The position numbers and the translations under genes are program-made. From a virus (taxonomy: Duplodnaviria; Caudoviricetes), in the IMG/VR virus record IMGVR_UViG_3300035522_000179, positions 32,001 to 96,000 of that record: a DNA stretch of 64,000 bases, one strand, 5' to 3'. Under the pieces are notes generated by a model. The model worked only from the letters and a program-made list of their open reading frames with translations, searched no databases and had not been told where the DNA came from. Below, one piece after another: positions 36,786 through 48,200 of the stretch. Numbering within the stretch: position 1 is the first letter of the stretch; each line of letters begins with the position of its first letter.

Positions 36786-37382
36786 ATGACAGAAACAGGT
36801 ATTTCAGAAGCATTGAATGATCTGGCTGATGAAGTAGTTCAAGAAAGAATGAAAGATATGCTAGATGAAGAATATGCAAATGACACGAAGAAAAAGAATC
36901 GTTTTAACCGTGAAGTCTTCAATAAGTTCCTTGTTACTGCGGCAAGTGATCCGAATTTCACTGCTTATGTAGCGCGTATAAAAAAGGGCGAATTTCAGGG
37001 TTACCAAGATATTGCTGTAGGAAAAGAGTTCCGCAAGTGGATAAGAAATCTGGTTGAAAAAGCAGGAGTTGATCCGGTAGAATCTGTGATTGTGGAAAAT
37101 GAAGATTTCCCTATTGGAAAAATGGATTGGATGTATGATTTCTTTGCAGAGGTTCTTTGGTTATACCTTCAGACATATCGGTTTGAACTTCCTAAGAAAG
37201 AAGGATTTGAAGCGATCTTGGAGTTACGAGATGTTCCGGGAGGTACGAAAGTATCTAAGAGTAAGAAACCTGGAACTTCCGAAGTCATTGGAACCTTTGA
37301 GATTACAAAGCAACCGCATAAGACCCTGGCGGTAAAGAGCCGTTGCCCTAGTTATTTAACATCAAGAAGAAAGGTGGATTAA
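36786..37382 (+). CDS. Hypothetical protein, possible HU/IHF-like C-terminal arm
   Basis: AAGGAGG RBS; C-terminal beta-ribbon-like LELRDVPGGTKVSKSKKPGTSEVI (weak). Confidence 0.45.
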   Translation: MTETGISEALNDLADEVVQERMKDMLDEEYANDTKKKNRFNREVFNKFLVTAASDPNFTAYVARIKKGEFQGYQDIAVGKEFRKWIRNLVEKAGVDPVESVIVENEDFPIGKMDWMYDFFAEVLWLYLQTYRFELPKKEGFEAILELRDVPGGTKVSKSKKPGTSEVIGTFEITKQPHKTLAVKSRCPSYLTSRRKVD

Positions 37383-37385
37383 TTT

Positions 37386-37835
37386 ATGTTTGAATTCCTT
37401 CGTCCACGTAAACGTGTTGTAATTCGCGTTACAAATATAGGATTACTCCCTGTTAAAAGTGAGAATGGTGACTGGTACGATTTAAAGTGTGGTCAGGCGA
37501 TAGTACTTAAGAAAGGAGAACGTGTAGACATTCCTATGGGAGTTGCAATGAGGCTTCCCAAAGGATATGAAGCAATCGTTCTTCCTAGATCTTCCACCTG
37601 CCGAAAATTAAATATCGTAATGGAGAATTCCATGGGAGTTATCGACAATTCCTACAACGGAAATGAAGATATCTGGAGATTCCGTGCATATGCTTTGGAG
37701 GATACTGTGATTCCTTACAAAGCAAGAATTGCACAGTTCAGGATTCAGAAGAATCAACCGAAACTTCAGTTTCGTGTAGTAAAATCCCTCAGCAGAAAAT
37801 CCCGCGGTGGATTTGGAACGAGTGGATTGTTTTAA
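37386..37835 (+). CDS. dut: Trimeric dUTPase
   Basis: Five motifs: WYDL, PRSS, GVIDNSYNG, RIAQF, RGGFGTSG. Confidence 0.93.
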   Translation: MFEFLRPRKRVVIRVTNIGLLPVKSENGDWYDLKCGQAIVLKKGERVDIPMGVAMRLPKGYEAIVLPRSSTCRKLNIVMENSMGVIDNSYNGNEDIWRFRAYALEDTVIPYKARIAQFRIQKNQPKLQFRVVKSLSRKSRGGFGTSGLF

Positions 37836-37881
37836 CCTTTAAAGAAACTAGATACGATTTTATTCGTATCTAGTTTCTTTT

Positions 37882-39132
37882 TTATTCTAATTTGAAAATT
37901 TTTGAAATCAAGTTGTTAATCGTTTCTGGGCTAATACATATCATAATCGTATAAGTAAAGAATCCAAAATCTTCATTGAGGAATTGAATTTCAAAGTTAT
38001 TGAAGTCAACTTTAAATTCTGTTTCGGGATTCATAAATCTTCCCTGTTCTCGAATCTTAATATCTATAATTTCTCCTAAGTAATATCCTTTTTCTACGTA
38101 ATGATTTACGGCAGCGATAATCGATGGTGATAACATGGATTTGAAATTGATCGTATCATGCACTTTTCCCAATCGACAAGTTGCTCGATTATACTGGCAC
38201 CATCCCGTCTTCAATTGCCAATCTTCTCGTAATAACACATCGGTGTAAATTGGAATAATCGAACTATCATCCGGAAGACTTGGCTTCTTAATCTTAAATA
38301 CCTTATCCGAAAATAAGAAATAAAATCCTGTGGAATAAAACTCCATCTTGATGGTCATTGTGATACGATAATCATCACTGATCTGTCCACTTCGTTCTCC
38401 ATCATCTACATCCATATTCTGAACCGTTGTAATTACTTTAGCAGGATAATAACGATAGAACTCTTTGGAGTTTGTGCTTCCTTGTAATTTGTAAGTAACT
38501 GGTGTATTGGAGTGTTGATTCATATAAGAAAGAAACGGTTTTATTGATCCATCTCTCTCAATCGGAACGCCAGACAACTCAGAAATCATTTCCATTAGTT
38601 CTACCGAAAGATAACTCTCAAAACAAGTATCCAAATCAAACGGAGAATTTAATGGTAAGGAATTCTTTAAAAATGTTGCATAATCCAATTGTTGCATCAG
38701 TGTAGCAAATACCATAATAACATCAATATACATCACTGTTCGATTCATCTGATACTTAATTGCAACCTTGTTCTCTCGATCAAAAAAGAAGGGTTGTAAT
38801 CCATCTCTTCCAAAATTAATTTGGTTATAGATGAGTCGGTCGGTTAAAGGAGTTCCTTGTAAAAAACGATCCTCTTGGAAGTCAACTCTCGGTCGAATTG
38901 CAAGGATTGGCTTTGTATTTTTACTAATCTCTTTCGGAGTTCTTCGAAGTTGCATATGAGCAATCTTAGAACTGACGTTAATGGATCGAAAAATGCTATC
39001 TCCGTTATCTCTTTTTGGGAATAGATCAATCAACCATTTTTGTATAAATGCAACGGCATTACCGTAGGTATGAGCACTTGAGGACATCATCTGAAGATAT
39101 TTCACTGGATGATTTTTTTCTTGTTCTTCCAT
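37882..39132 (-). CDS. Hypothetical, probably virion structural protein
   Basis: AAGGA RBS before MEEQEK; divergent from the tape-measure gene. Confidence 0.6.
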   Translation of the reverse strand: MEEQEKNHPVKYLQMMSSSAHTYGNAVAFIQKWLIDLFPKRDNGDSIFRSINVSSKIAHMQLRRTPKEISKNTKPILAIRPRVDFQEDRFLQGTPLTDRLIYNQINFGRDGLQPFFFDRENKVAIKYQMNRTVMYIDVIMVFATLMQQLDYATFLKNSLPLNSPFDLDTCFESYLSVELMEMISELSGVPIERDGSIKPFLSYMNQHSNTPVTYKLQGSTNSKEFYRYYPAKVITTVQNMDVDDGERSGQISDDYRITMTIKMEFYSTGFYFLFSDKVFKIKKPSLPDDSSIIPIYTDVLLREDWQLKTGWCQYNRATCRLGKVHDTINFKSMLSPSIIAAVNHYVEKGYYLGEIIDIKIREQGRFMNPETEFKVDFNNFEIQFLNEDFGFFTYTIMICISPETINNLISKIFKLE

Positions 39133-39257
39133 ACTTTTTACGTCCTTTCTTTTCTTTAACATATTGTCGTTTTCCGAAATAAAAAAGAGAATACCATGAT
39201 TTTTAGGCAAAAAACAATTTGTTAATACTTCACAGAAGGGAAGTGAAAAGAAATATT

Positions 39258-42200
39258 ATGGCGGGTAATAAAAGAGAAATCAAACCCACTGATAGTTATC
39301 AAACTCGCTCTTTTAAGCTAAATGCGCAATGGCTTAAAAACGCGACAAAATCAATTGGATCAAACGCTGCAGAAGTTTTATCTGACGTTACTCCAAGTTT
39401 GTATAGTGCCGCTTCCACTTCAGCTGATATTGTACGCTCCATAAAAGGAAGTAGTGCAACATCAAAGAATGTAAAGAAACTGATCGATAATAATACCTAT
39501 GTGAAGAATGCCAGAAAAGCAATCTCAAATGCTTTTAAGGATTTATCCACAGGTAATTTTAACAACACGGATCGATTCGGTGATGTAGATGATGGAAAGT
39601 CACACACTTATATGTCTGACTTTGATGACGGTGCTGAGGGAGAAGGAAGTAATCAAACAGTTATTAATTTTAATCCCGAAGGATTAAATTCGATCAATAG
39701 TTCAATCAATAATCAAACGAAAGCACAGCTGCAAGCAGCAAAAGCAAATGCAGATATCGTAGTAGCAACATCGTCAGCAATGATGACGATGAATCAAAAG
39801 AATGCAGAAGCTACTCTGAATATGCTTTCGAATATCAACAATGGAATTCAGGCGTTAGTAAAATACAATAATGATACCATGACGAACTTTATCCAAAGTA
39901 GCATGGGATTTTACGACGCGATTGGGAAAGCATATACTTCGAATAAAAACGATAAGAAAAACGATGAAGATAAGAGACTTGGATTTAAAGACATCCTCGA
40001 TGCCAACGGAAATTTAAAAGGAAAAGACTTAGTAAAATTATTAGGTCAGAATACCAAAGATGCGTTTAATACATCTATGGTTGGTACTTTGAAAACCATG
40101 TTGGATACCGGAATGGATAATATCGTTTCCAATCCGTTGAATGTTATATCAACGGTTTTGATGAAGAAGATCCTTCCTGAAAAAATTGAGAAGTCCATGA
40201 AGAGTTTGGATAAAACATTCGCTTCATTCACAACGGAAATGCTTTTGAAAGCATCCGATTATTTTGATAATCTGGATGATGGACCATTAGCTCAGTTTGG
40301 AGGATTTCTTGGAAAATCATTAAATATTGGAACCGATCGAAAGAGTAAATTTAAAACCGGCGGAAAAGTAACAAAAGATGCTGCTGTTTTTGATGGAATT
40401 ACACAACACGCAATCACAACGGAAATCCCGAAGTATTTAAGAGAAAGCACATCGTATTTGAGGCAGTTGGTTGCGTTAAATGGTGGTGATCCAGATAAGG
40501 CTTTAAAGAACTCTGAAATTTTCAATCGTGAAACAGGTACTTTCGATAAGTATGGAGAGTACATGAAAGATATGATGGGTTCGATTAATGAATCGATTAT
40601 CAATACTTTCAACGATAGTGAACTTGGAAAGAATTTAACGAAAGTCTTAAACAGCAATGTCATCGGTAATAATGACAAAGAGTCTTTTCAGGAGTTGATC
40701 AATAAATTCTATCTTGCAATGGAAAAAGATGATAGAAAAGTACTTGATATCAACCGTGGAAAAGATATTTCAGATATCATTGATGGAATTGCTGGAAATA
40801 GTAAATTGAAGGATATTCTGGAGGAGTCCGTTTATTCTGCGATTGACTTAGGAGAAGGAAACCTTGGTGTGAACTCCATTCGTCATAAAGCAAGAAGTAG
40901 CCGTAATGACAGAATCGAGGAATTGGAAACCAATAATCTTTCGGATCTTTCTACCTTTGTAAAGAACGGTAATACCATTGACGATGCGATCGCTGCTGTC
41001 CTTTATGGTGATGATGGAAGAGCGACCCAAGCACAGAATGTCAATCCAAATTCTGTTATGGGTCATTTGAAATCTATCGAAGACTTACTTTACAGAGGTA
41101 TCAATGTAAAGGTAGTAAAAGACTTTGGAGATACAAATGGTATTTTTGATCTTTTTGGATCCAGAAGAAACAATTCGACTCAGACAACGGATTCTACCAC
41201 TCCGCAATCGAATGATTCTGATTCGAAACTGGATGAGAGTGCAATCAAAGATGTATTAGCTGCAGAGGAATCCAACGGAAGCAATGATGGGAATACTTCA
41301 AGATTTATACAAGACAATTCCAAACGATTAAAGAACATGATGCATTTCATGATCACTGGAAACACAGGTCTTGCTTATAAAGAAATGGGTGGTATGTTTG
41401 GAAGTACCATCTCAAATCTTGGATCGAAATTAAACAATTCTGTTTTGGAACCTCTAAAGAAGAAAATCTTTGGAGATAAAAAAGAGGACGAGAACGGTGA
41501 AAAAGAAGAGAGCATCTTTGAAGGAGTAAAACGGGTCTTCAATAATGTGAAGAAAGAAACCCATGATTTCATTTTCGGAAGCAAAGAAGAAGGAAATGAA
41601 AAAGAGGGTATCGTTCAAAAAGGTGCTTCTTTATTCAAAGAAGGATTTGAAGGTTGGAAACTTGCTATCTTTGGAAGTGATGATGAAGCACAGAAATTCA
41701 AAGAAAAAGCTCAGAAGACTTTAAAAGACCGTGCAAAGAGTACCGGAATGGGTGCAGTCGCTGGTGCAGGTCTTGGAGTCACCATGGGTGGTGTTCTTGG
41801 AAATCTTGTTGGTGGTCCTTTAGCTGGAGCAGTTCTTGGTGCTGCTACTGGATTTATCTCGAAGTCATCAAAATTTCAGGAGATCGTTTTCGGTAGGGAA
41901 TCTGATGGTCAAGGTGGATTCAAAGATGGCGAAGATGAAAATGCTGGAATTATAAATAAGAAAACAAGAGAGTTCTTTAAAAATAACAAAACCGATTTCA
42001 TCGGTGGTGGTGTAGTTGGTGCTGGTCTTGGTGCACTGACTGGTGGAGGACTTCTTGGTACTTTGGTCGGTGGTCCCGTAGCTGGTGCTTTGATGGGAAC
42101 GGCTGTCCAGATGGTAAGAAAATCGAGTGCCTTCCAGGATATGTGGCTTGGTAAGGAAGATGAAGAAGGTAAACGTTCCGGTGGTATGAAGGAACGCCTT

Positions 42201-45200
42201 ATGAAAGCTTTCGCTGGTTCTGACGCTGGTAAAGAGGCAAAGAGCTCTGCAAAACTTTTCGGAATGAGTGCTGTTGGATCTGGTGCTGGTATCCTTGCAA
42301 GTTTCTTCACACCTCTTGGACCGATTGGTGGTGCCGCATTGGGACTTGGTGCTTCCATGTTAGCACAAAAAGAAGGATTCCATAAATGGCTCTTCGGTGA
42401 TGAGGATAAGGAAAAAGGCGAGCCTGGTCTGTTAAAGAAGATGGGTAACATCATCGATACTCATGTTATCATGCCTTTAGCAGATACTGCAAAGGACTTC
42501 ATGGATAGCGCAAAAGATGCGATCATTGATAAGATCGTAGATCCTTTGGAAAATCTTTTGGGACCTCTTGCTGGACTTGCAGAAAGTATCCGAGATTCCG
42601 TAAGTGACTTCATGGAAGGAATTAAAGAGAGAGCGAAAAACTTATTTAAAACCATTACAGACAACGCAGTAGATGCTCTTAGTAATGTGACATCGAAAGT
42701 TATGGATTTCATGAAAGGAACAATTTTTGGTAAAATCGCTGGAAAGATTCTTGGAGCTCCTGGAGCTGCAATGAATGCAATCGGAAATAAGATACGAAAA
42801 GGTAACGAAAAGAGATCCTTAAAACGTGTCAAAGGAAAATGGAAAAATAGTAATGCTGGTAAAGAATTTTATGCTGACGTGGATTCTTCATGGGCAAACA
42901 TGTCTGATGAAGAGAAATCTCAGTATGATGATTATGATGATTACTTTAATTCTAGAGCAAAAACAAAATTCTATTATTCCGAAGACAGACGTGGTGAGCA
43001 GGCAAAGGATAGAAAATCTCGAAAAGAGACTCGTGAAGCAAGAAGACAAGAAAGAGCAGACATCACAAATCAAAAGAAGTTAATTGCAAGATTAACTGGT
43101 GGTGCTACGACGGATATCACAGACGAGACAAAACAAGCTGCTCTGAATAACTTCAAAGATTCCAAATACTACGTGAAAAATAAAAAGCTATTAGGAATGA
43201 GTAATGAAGAAGTTATGAGGCTTCTTTCTCCGAAGAAAGATGAAGACGCTGCTAAGACTCAAGAGGAAACGTTGAATAACGCTGAGGAGCAGTTGACTGC
43301 CGCAAAAGAATCTGCTACGAGCCTTAATTCAATTGATACCAAAGTTACTGAGGTCATATCCTATTTAAACCAACGTATTTTTGGTAAAGATGAAAATGAA
43401 CCAGAAAAGGAATATTCTAATCACGACCAAAAATTAATTGATCGAGCTGATAAGAGAAATGCTTCCGCGGAAGCAAATAAGAAATTCGAAGAAGGCTATA
43501 ACGCTGAAAAAGAAAAGAAAGATGCTGAGCGAGCACAGAACGCAATTGATCGGCAAAAAGCAGTTGAACATGGATTTATGTCGGAAGAAGAAGCTGCTGA
43601 GGAACAGGCGGCAGAGGATGAAGACGCAGCTAGAGAAAACCACCAGGGTTTTAAACTTGGGAAGTTTAGAAGAGCTGGGCTTTTTGTAAAATCTATCTTC
43701 AGTAGAAATAAATCTGTTCGAGACAGTGCTTCCGCTGTCCGTAATATGTTAAAAAGCGGAGATGCATCTGGATATGATTTAGAGAATGCTTACAATGCTT
43801 ATCGTGATACGAAAAAAGCTGTAAAGAAAGAAAAGAAAGATTCTAGATTTGCGAAAGCATTTCAAAGGAGAAATCTTGCAGAATCTGTAAAGAATTTTGT
43901 AAAAGCTGGTGGTCGTGCATTCGCTGAAGGCGGTGAAACAGAAGAACCTGGTGTTGTAGCCGTTGGTGAAGAAGGACCTGAACTTGTAAGAGTAAAGGGT
44001 AACGAAGAGATTATCCCGAACGATAAAGCAATCAAAGTTCAAGTGGTTGCAATTGACGATGATGTAACGAAAAAACTGAATGAAGAGAAAAAAGATAACG
44101 CAATCGTGGATGTGAATATCGTAGGTCAGAATGGTTTGCTTGCAACTTACGGTACGAAAGCAACACTGGATGAAAACACTGATAACAAAGCACAGATTGA
44201 AAAAGACTTATCAAAGAAAGATAGTTTGGTAAGTTACGATAACGTAAAAGCTGATAATGATGATGATAATGAAACCGAAGAAAAAGAAGAAAAACAGAGT
44301 TTCTTCTCAAAGATTTTAAGTTTGTTCGGAAGTAGTGGTGGATCTGGATTACTTGGAATTCTTGGTAAAGTTGCAGTTGCAGGTGCTGGAATTTATGCGT
44401 TCTTTAAAAGCGAAACATTGCAGAATATCCTAAAGAGTCTTCTTAGTCTTGGTGGAAAATTGTTAACAAGCCTCGGAACAACAATTGGTGATGTGGCGAC
44501 TGACACCGTTGAGAATGTCAAATGGACTTCTGAAAATAATGCTTATGAGAATGGTGCTGATTTCTCTACCAACCTCAGTAATCAAGCTCAGAGAGCAACA
44601 GCCCTTGCAAGTGGTGACATCGGAACAGCTCTCCTTGGAACCGATGGAGAAGCGGATGGAATTACTAGCGCTGGTCTTAAAGTCGGAAGGAACATCGTGC
44701 AAAAAGTAGCCACCGGTAATACCGGAATGGTTAGAGGAGCTGCATCTCAGGTTAAGTTGGCAAAGAATCTTATCAGTGGAAAAGGATTAGCTGAATCTGT
44801 TACCGATGCAGCTTCTGGTCTGAAAGGTATTTCTGGTGCAGTAGCAAATATGACCAAAAGCGCTGCGGAAGATGGTGCAAAATCTGTTGTCAAAGATGCA
44901 GCGAAAGAAGGTTCTGAAGGAATTTTAAAGAAAGTTCTCGAAAAGATCACGGAAGTTCTAAAAAGTATTGGTGAAACTATTGCTAATAAAGTAAAAGGAA
45001 AAGCCGCAGACATTATAAAACCAGCTCTAAAAGTAGTGGAAGAGGCTTTAGATAAAATCACCAAAGGATTATATGGAAAATTTAAGGATCTGATTGTGAA
45101 AGGTATTAATAAAATACGAAATCTCTTAACTGGAACAGCTGCTGTTGCATCTACTGGCGTTGGACTGATTGGAATTGTTGTACAGAAAGGTGCATTCGTT

Positions 45201-48200
45201 ACGTTAGGTGCACTGAATGCTTCTGGAAAAGCTGGAGCCGCTCATCTGTTTAAATGCCAGCAGGAAGATGTTGACTGGAAAATGAGATTGATCGCAGCAG
45301 CTTGGGGAGGATTCTCACAAACAACCCCAGGATCAATTATCGATATCGTAAATGAAATCTTTGCAGCGATTACAGGTGAGAACCTGATTTGTAGTTTGGC
45401 ATCTTCGTTGTATAAACAAATTTCAGACGATGACGATGACGCAAAACTGGAAGAATCTCAGGCAGCGTTAAAAGAAGATTATCAACAATATCAAGAGAAT
45501 GCATATCAAGAAAGTTATGCACAATATCTAGAAGACAATGGATTGGATGAATCCCAGTTATCTTATGAAGATTATAAGAATGGTGTTTCTTCTGGTGAAA
45601 TTGAAGCAGACATCATGGGATTCGACGAATATAACGATAAAACCAACCAGACTGTCGGTGCGAAACTAATGAATGGTGCTGTTAACGTCGCAAAGACCGT
45701 TGGTGGCGGAATTAAAAAAGTTGGTGGTGCTGTCGTTACTGGTGTGAAGACTGTTGGTAAAGGCGTTGTTAGTGGAGTAAAGGCAGTAGGTAAAGGAGCT
45801 GCTACGATTGCAAAGACCGTTGGTGGTGGAGTAAAAGCCGCTGCATCCTTTGTCGGAAAAGGAATTAAGTCTATCGGAAGTGGAATTGGTAATACAATGA
45901 GTTCTGCAAAAGAAGCATTAGTTGCTTTGAATACCGGTAGAAAAAAGATTGAAGAAGAATTTACCAATGAAGATGGTGATCTTTCTTCTTATATGAAGTT
46001 AGATGCAAATACGTTAAGTGAAGATCATCCGTTCTACGGACTTGTAAACACGATGCTTGGAATTACAAAGATCGTAACCATTCCGAAAATGGTTCTTACC
46101 GGAGTCTTGAAGAAGATCGGTAAATCTGTTGTTAGTAATGTGAAGACACTCATTGGTGGAGTCAAAACATTATTCTCCGCTGGAGTAGATAGCACTGTTA
46201 AGTTACAGCAAATTTCCAAAACCGGCGATCTTTCTGCATTACATGAGTTCGAACCAGAAATAGATGACGAATCTCCTATGGCTGGAGTCGTTCGTGGAAT
46301 TATCGGATTTGAAAAAATGCTTTACTATATTCCTACAGGTGTTAGTTTTGTAGGAAAGAAAATCAAAGACGGCGTTGTTTCAATGCTTGGTGGAGTAAAG
46401 AAAATCTTTTCAACCAATGTGAATAATGCCGCTGAGTTATCAAAAATTGCTGTGAAAGGCGATTTATCTGGATTGCATGAGTACGAGCCCAAGGTAGACG
46501 AAGACGTTCCTTTAGCTGGAATTGTAAAAGCTGTTTCTGGATTCCAGAAGATGTTGTTTTACATTCCTGCGGGAATTAGTTTCGTTGGACATAAGATTGC
46601 CGATGGGGTAGTATCCATTGTTAAAAACATAAAAACGGATTTCACGAATAATGTTAAAAACACTACCGAATTAACAAAAATGGCGGTGAAAGGTGATGTA
46701 TCTGGAATACATTCCTTTGAGCCGGAAGTCAATGAAGATAGTCCTCTTTCCGGAATTATGAGGGGTCTTAATAATGTGGATAAGATCTTCTTCTATATTC
46801 CTGCGGGAATTAGTTTCGTTGGACATAAGATTGCCGATGGAATCAAAGGAATCGTTGACGGTGTCAAGAAAGTGATGAAGACTGGAATTGATAACACATC
46901 TGAATTGATGAAGATATCAAGAACTGGTGATTTCTCTGCATTAGGTCAGTTTGAACCCAAGGTAGACGATGATGTTCCTTTAGCTGGTGTTGTTCGAGGA
47001 CTCGTTGGAATTCAGAAGATCTTCTATTATATTCCTACCGCATTTAGCTTTGTCGGAAAGAAGATTCATGCCGGAATTACAAGCATTGTCGATGGTGTCA
47101 AGAAAGTGATGAAGACCGGAATTGATAACACATCTGAATTGATGAAGATATCAAGAACTGGTGATTTCTCTGCATTAAGTGCTTTCGAACCTCAAGTAGA
47201 CGACGATGTTCCTTTGGCAGGTGTCGTTAAAGGACTTGTCGGAATTGAAAAGATGATTTACTACATTCCTACTGGACTTAGTTTCGTAGGAAAGAAGATT
47301 CATGATGGTATTTCTTCAATGATTGGTGGCATCAAGAAGATGATGTCTTCTAGTCTTGAAAACACATCTCAACTGAAAGAGATTTCCAAAACCGGTGATC
47401 TTAAAGCTCTTGGAAGTTTTGAACCGCAAGTAGATGACGATGTTCCTTTGGCAGGTGTCGTTAAAGGACTTGTCGGAATTGAAAAGATGATTTACTACAT
47501 TCCTGCGGGTATCAGCTTTGTAGGAAAGAAGGTTCATGATGGTATTACGTCGGCTGTAAATGGAATTAAGAAGATGATGTCTTCTAGTCTCGACAACATT
47601 TCACAATTGAAGGAAATCTCTAAAACTGGAGACCTTACTGCATTAGGTCAGTTTGAGCCTCAGGTGGATGACGATGTTCCTTTGGCAGGTGTCGTTAAAG
47701 GACTTGTCGGAATTGAAAAGATGATTTACTACATTCCTACTGGACTTAGTTTCGTAGGAAAGAAGATTCATGATGGTATTACGTCGGCTGTGAATGGTCT
47801 CAAAAAGATAATGACTACGAGTCTTGACAACACGACTCAGCTGAAAGAGATTTCCAAAACCGGTGATTTCTCTGCATTGAATAATTTCGAAGCAGATGTA
47901 GACGATGATGTTCCTTTAGCTGGTGCTGTTCGGGCAATGGTAGGAGTTGAGAAAATATTCTATTATATTCCTACGGCATTCCATTTTGTTGGAAATAAGG
48001 TATCTGATGCATTCCATAGTTTTGTAGATGGAATTCCCAAGATGTTTAAGACATTGAAAAACAGCATGGCAGATCTGAATGATATCGCAAAAGAAGGCGA
48101 CATGGAAGCCCTTGGAAAATACGAAATGGAAATTGATGAAGATACACCAATGTCTGGTTTGATTGGTGGTATTGGATCTATTGCGAAAATACTTTATTAC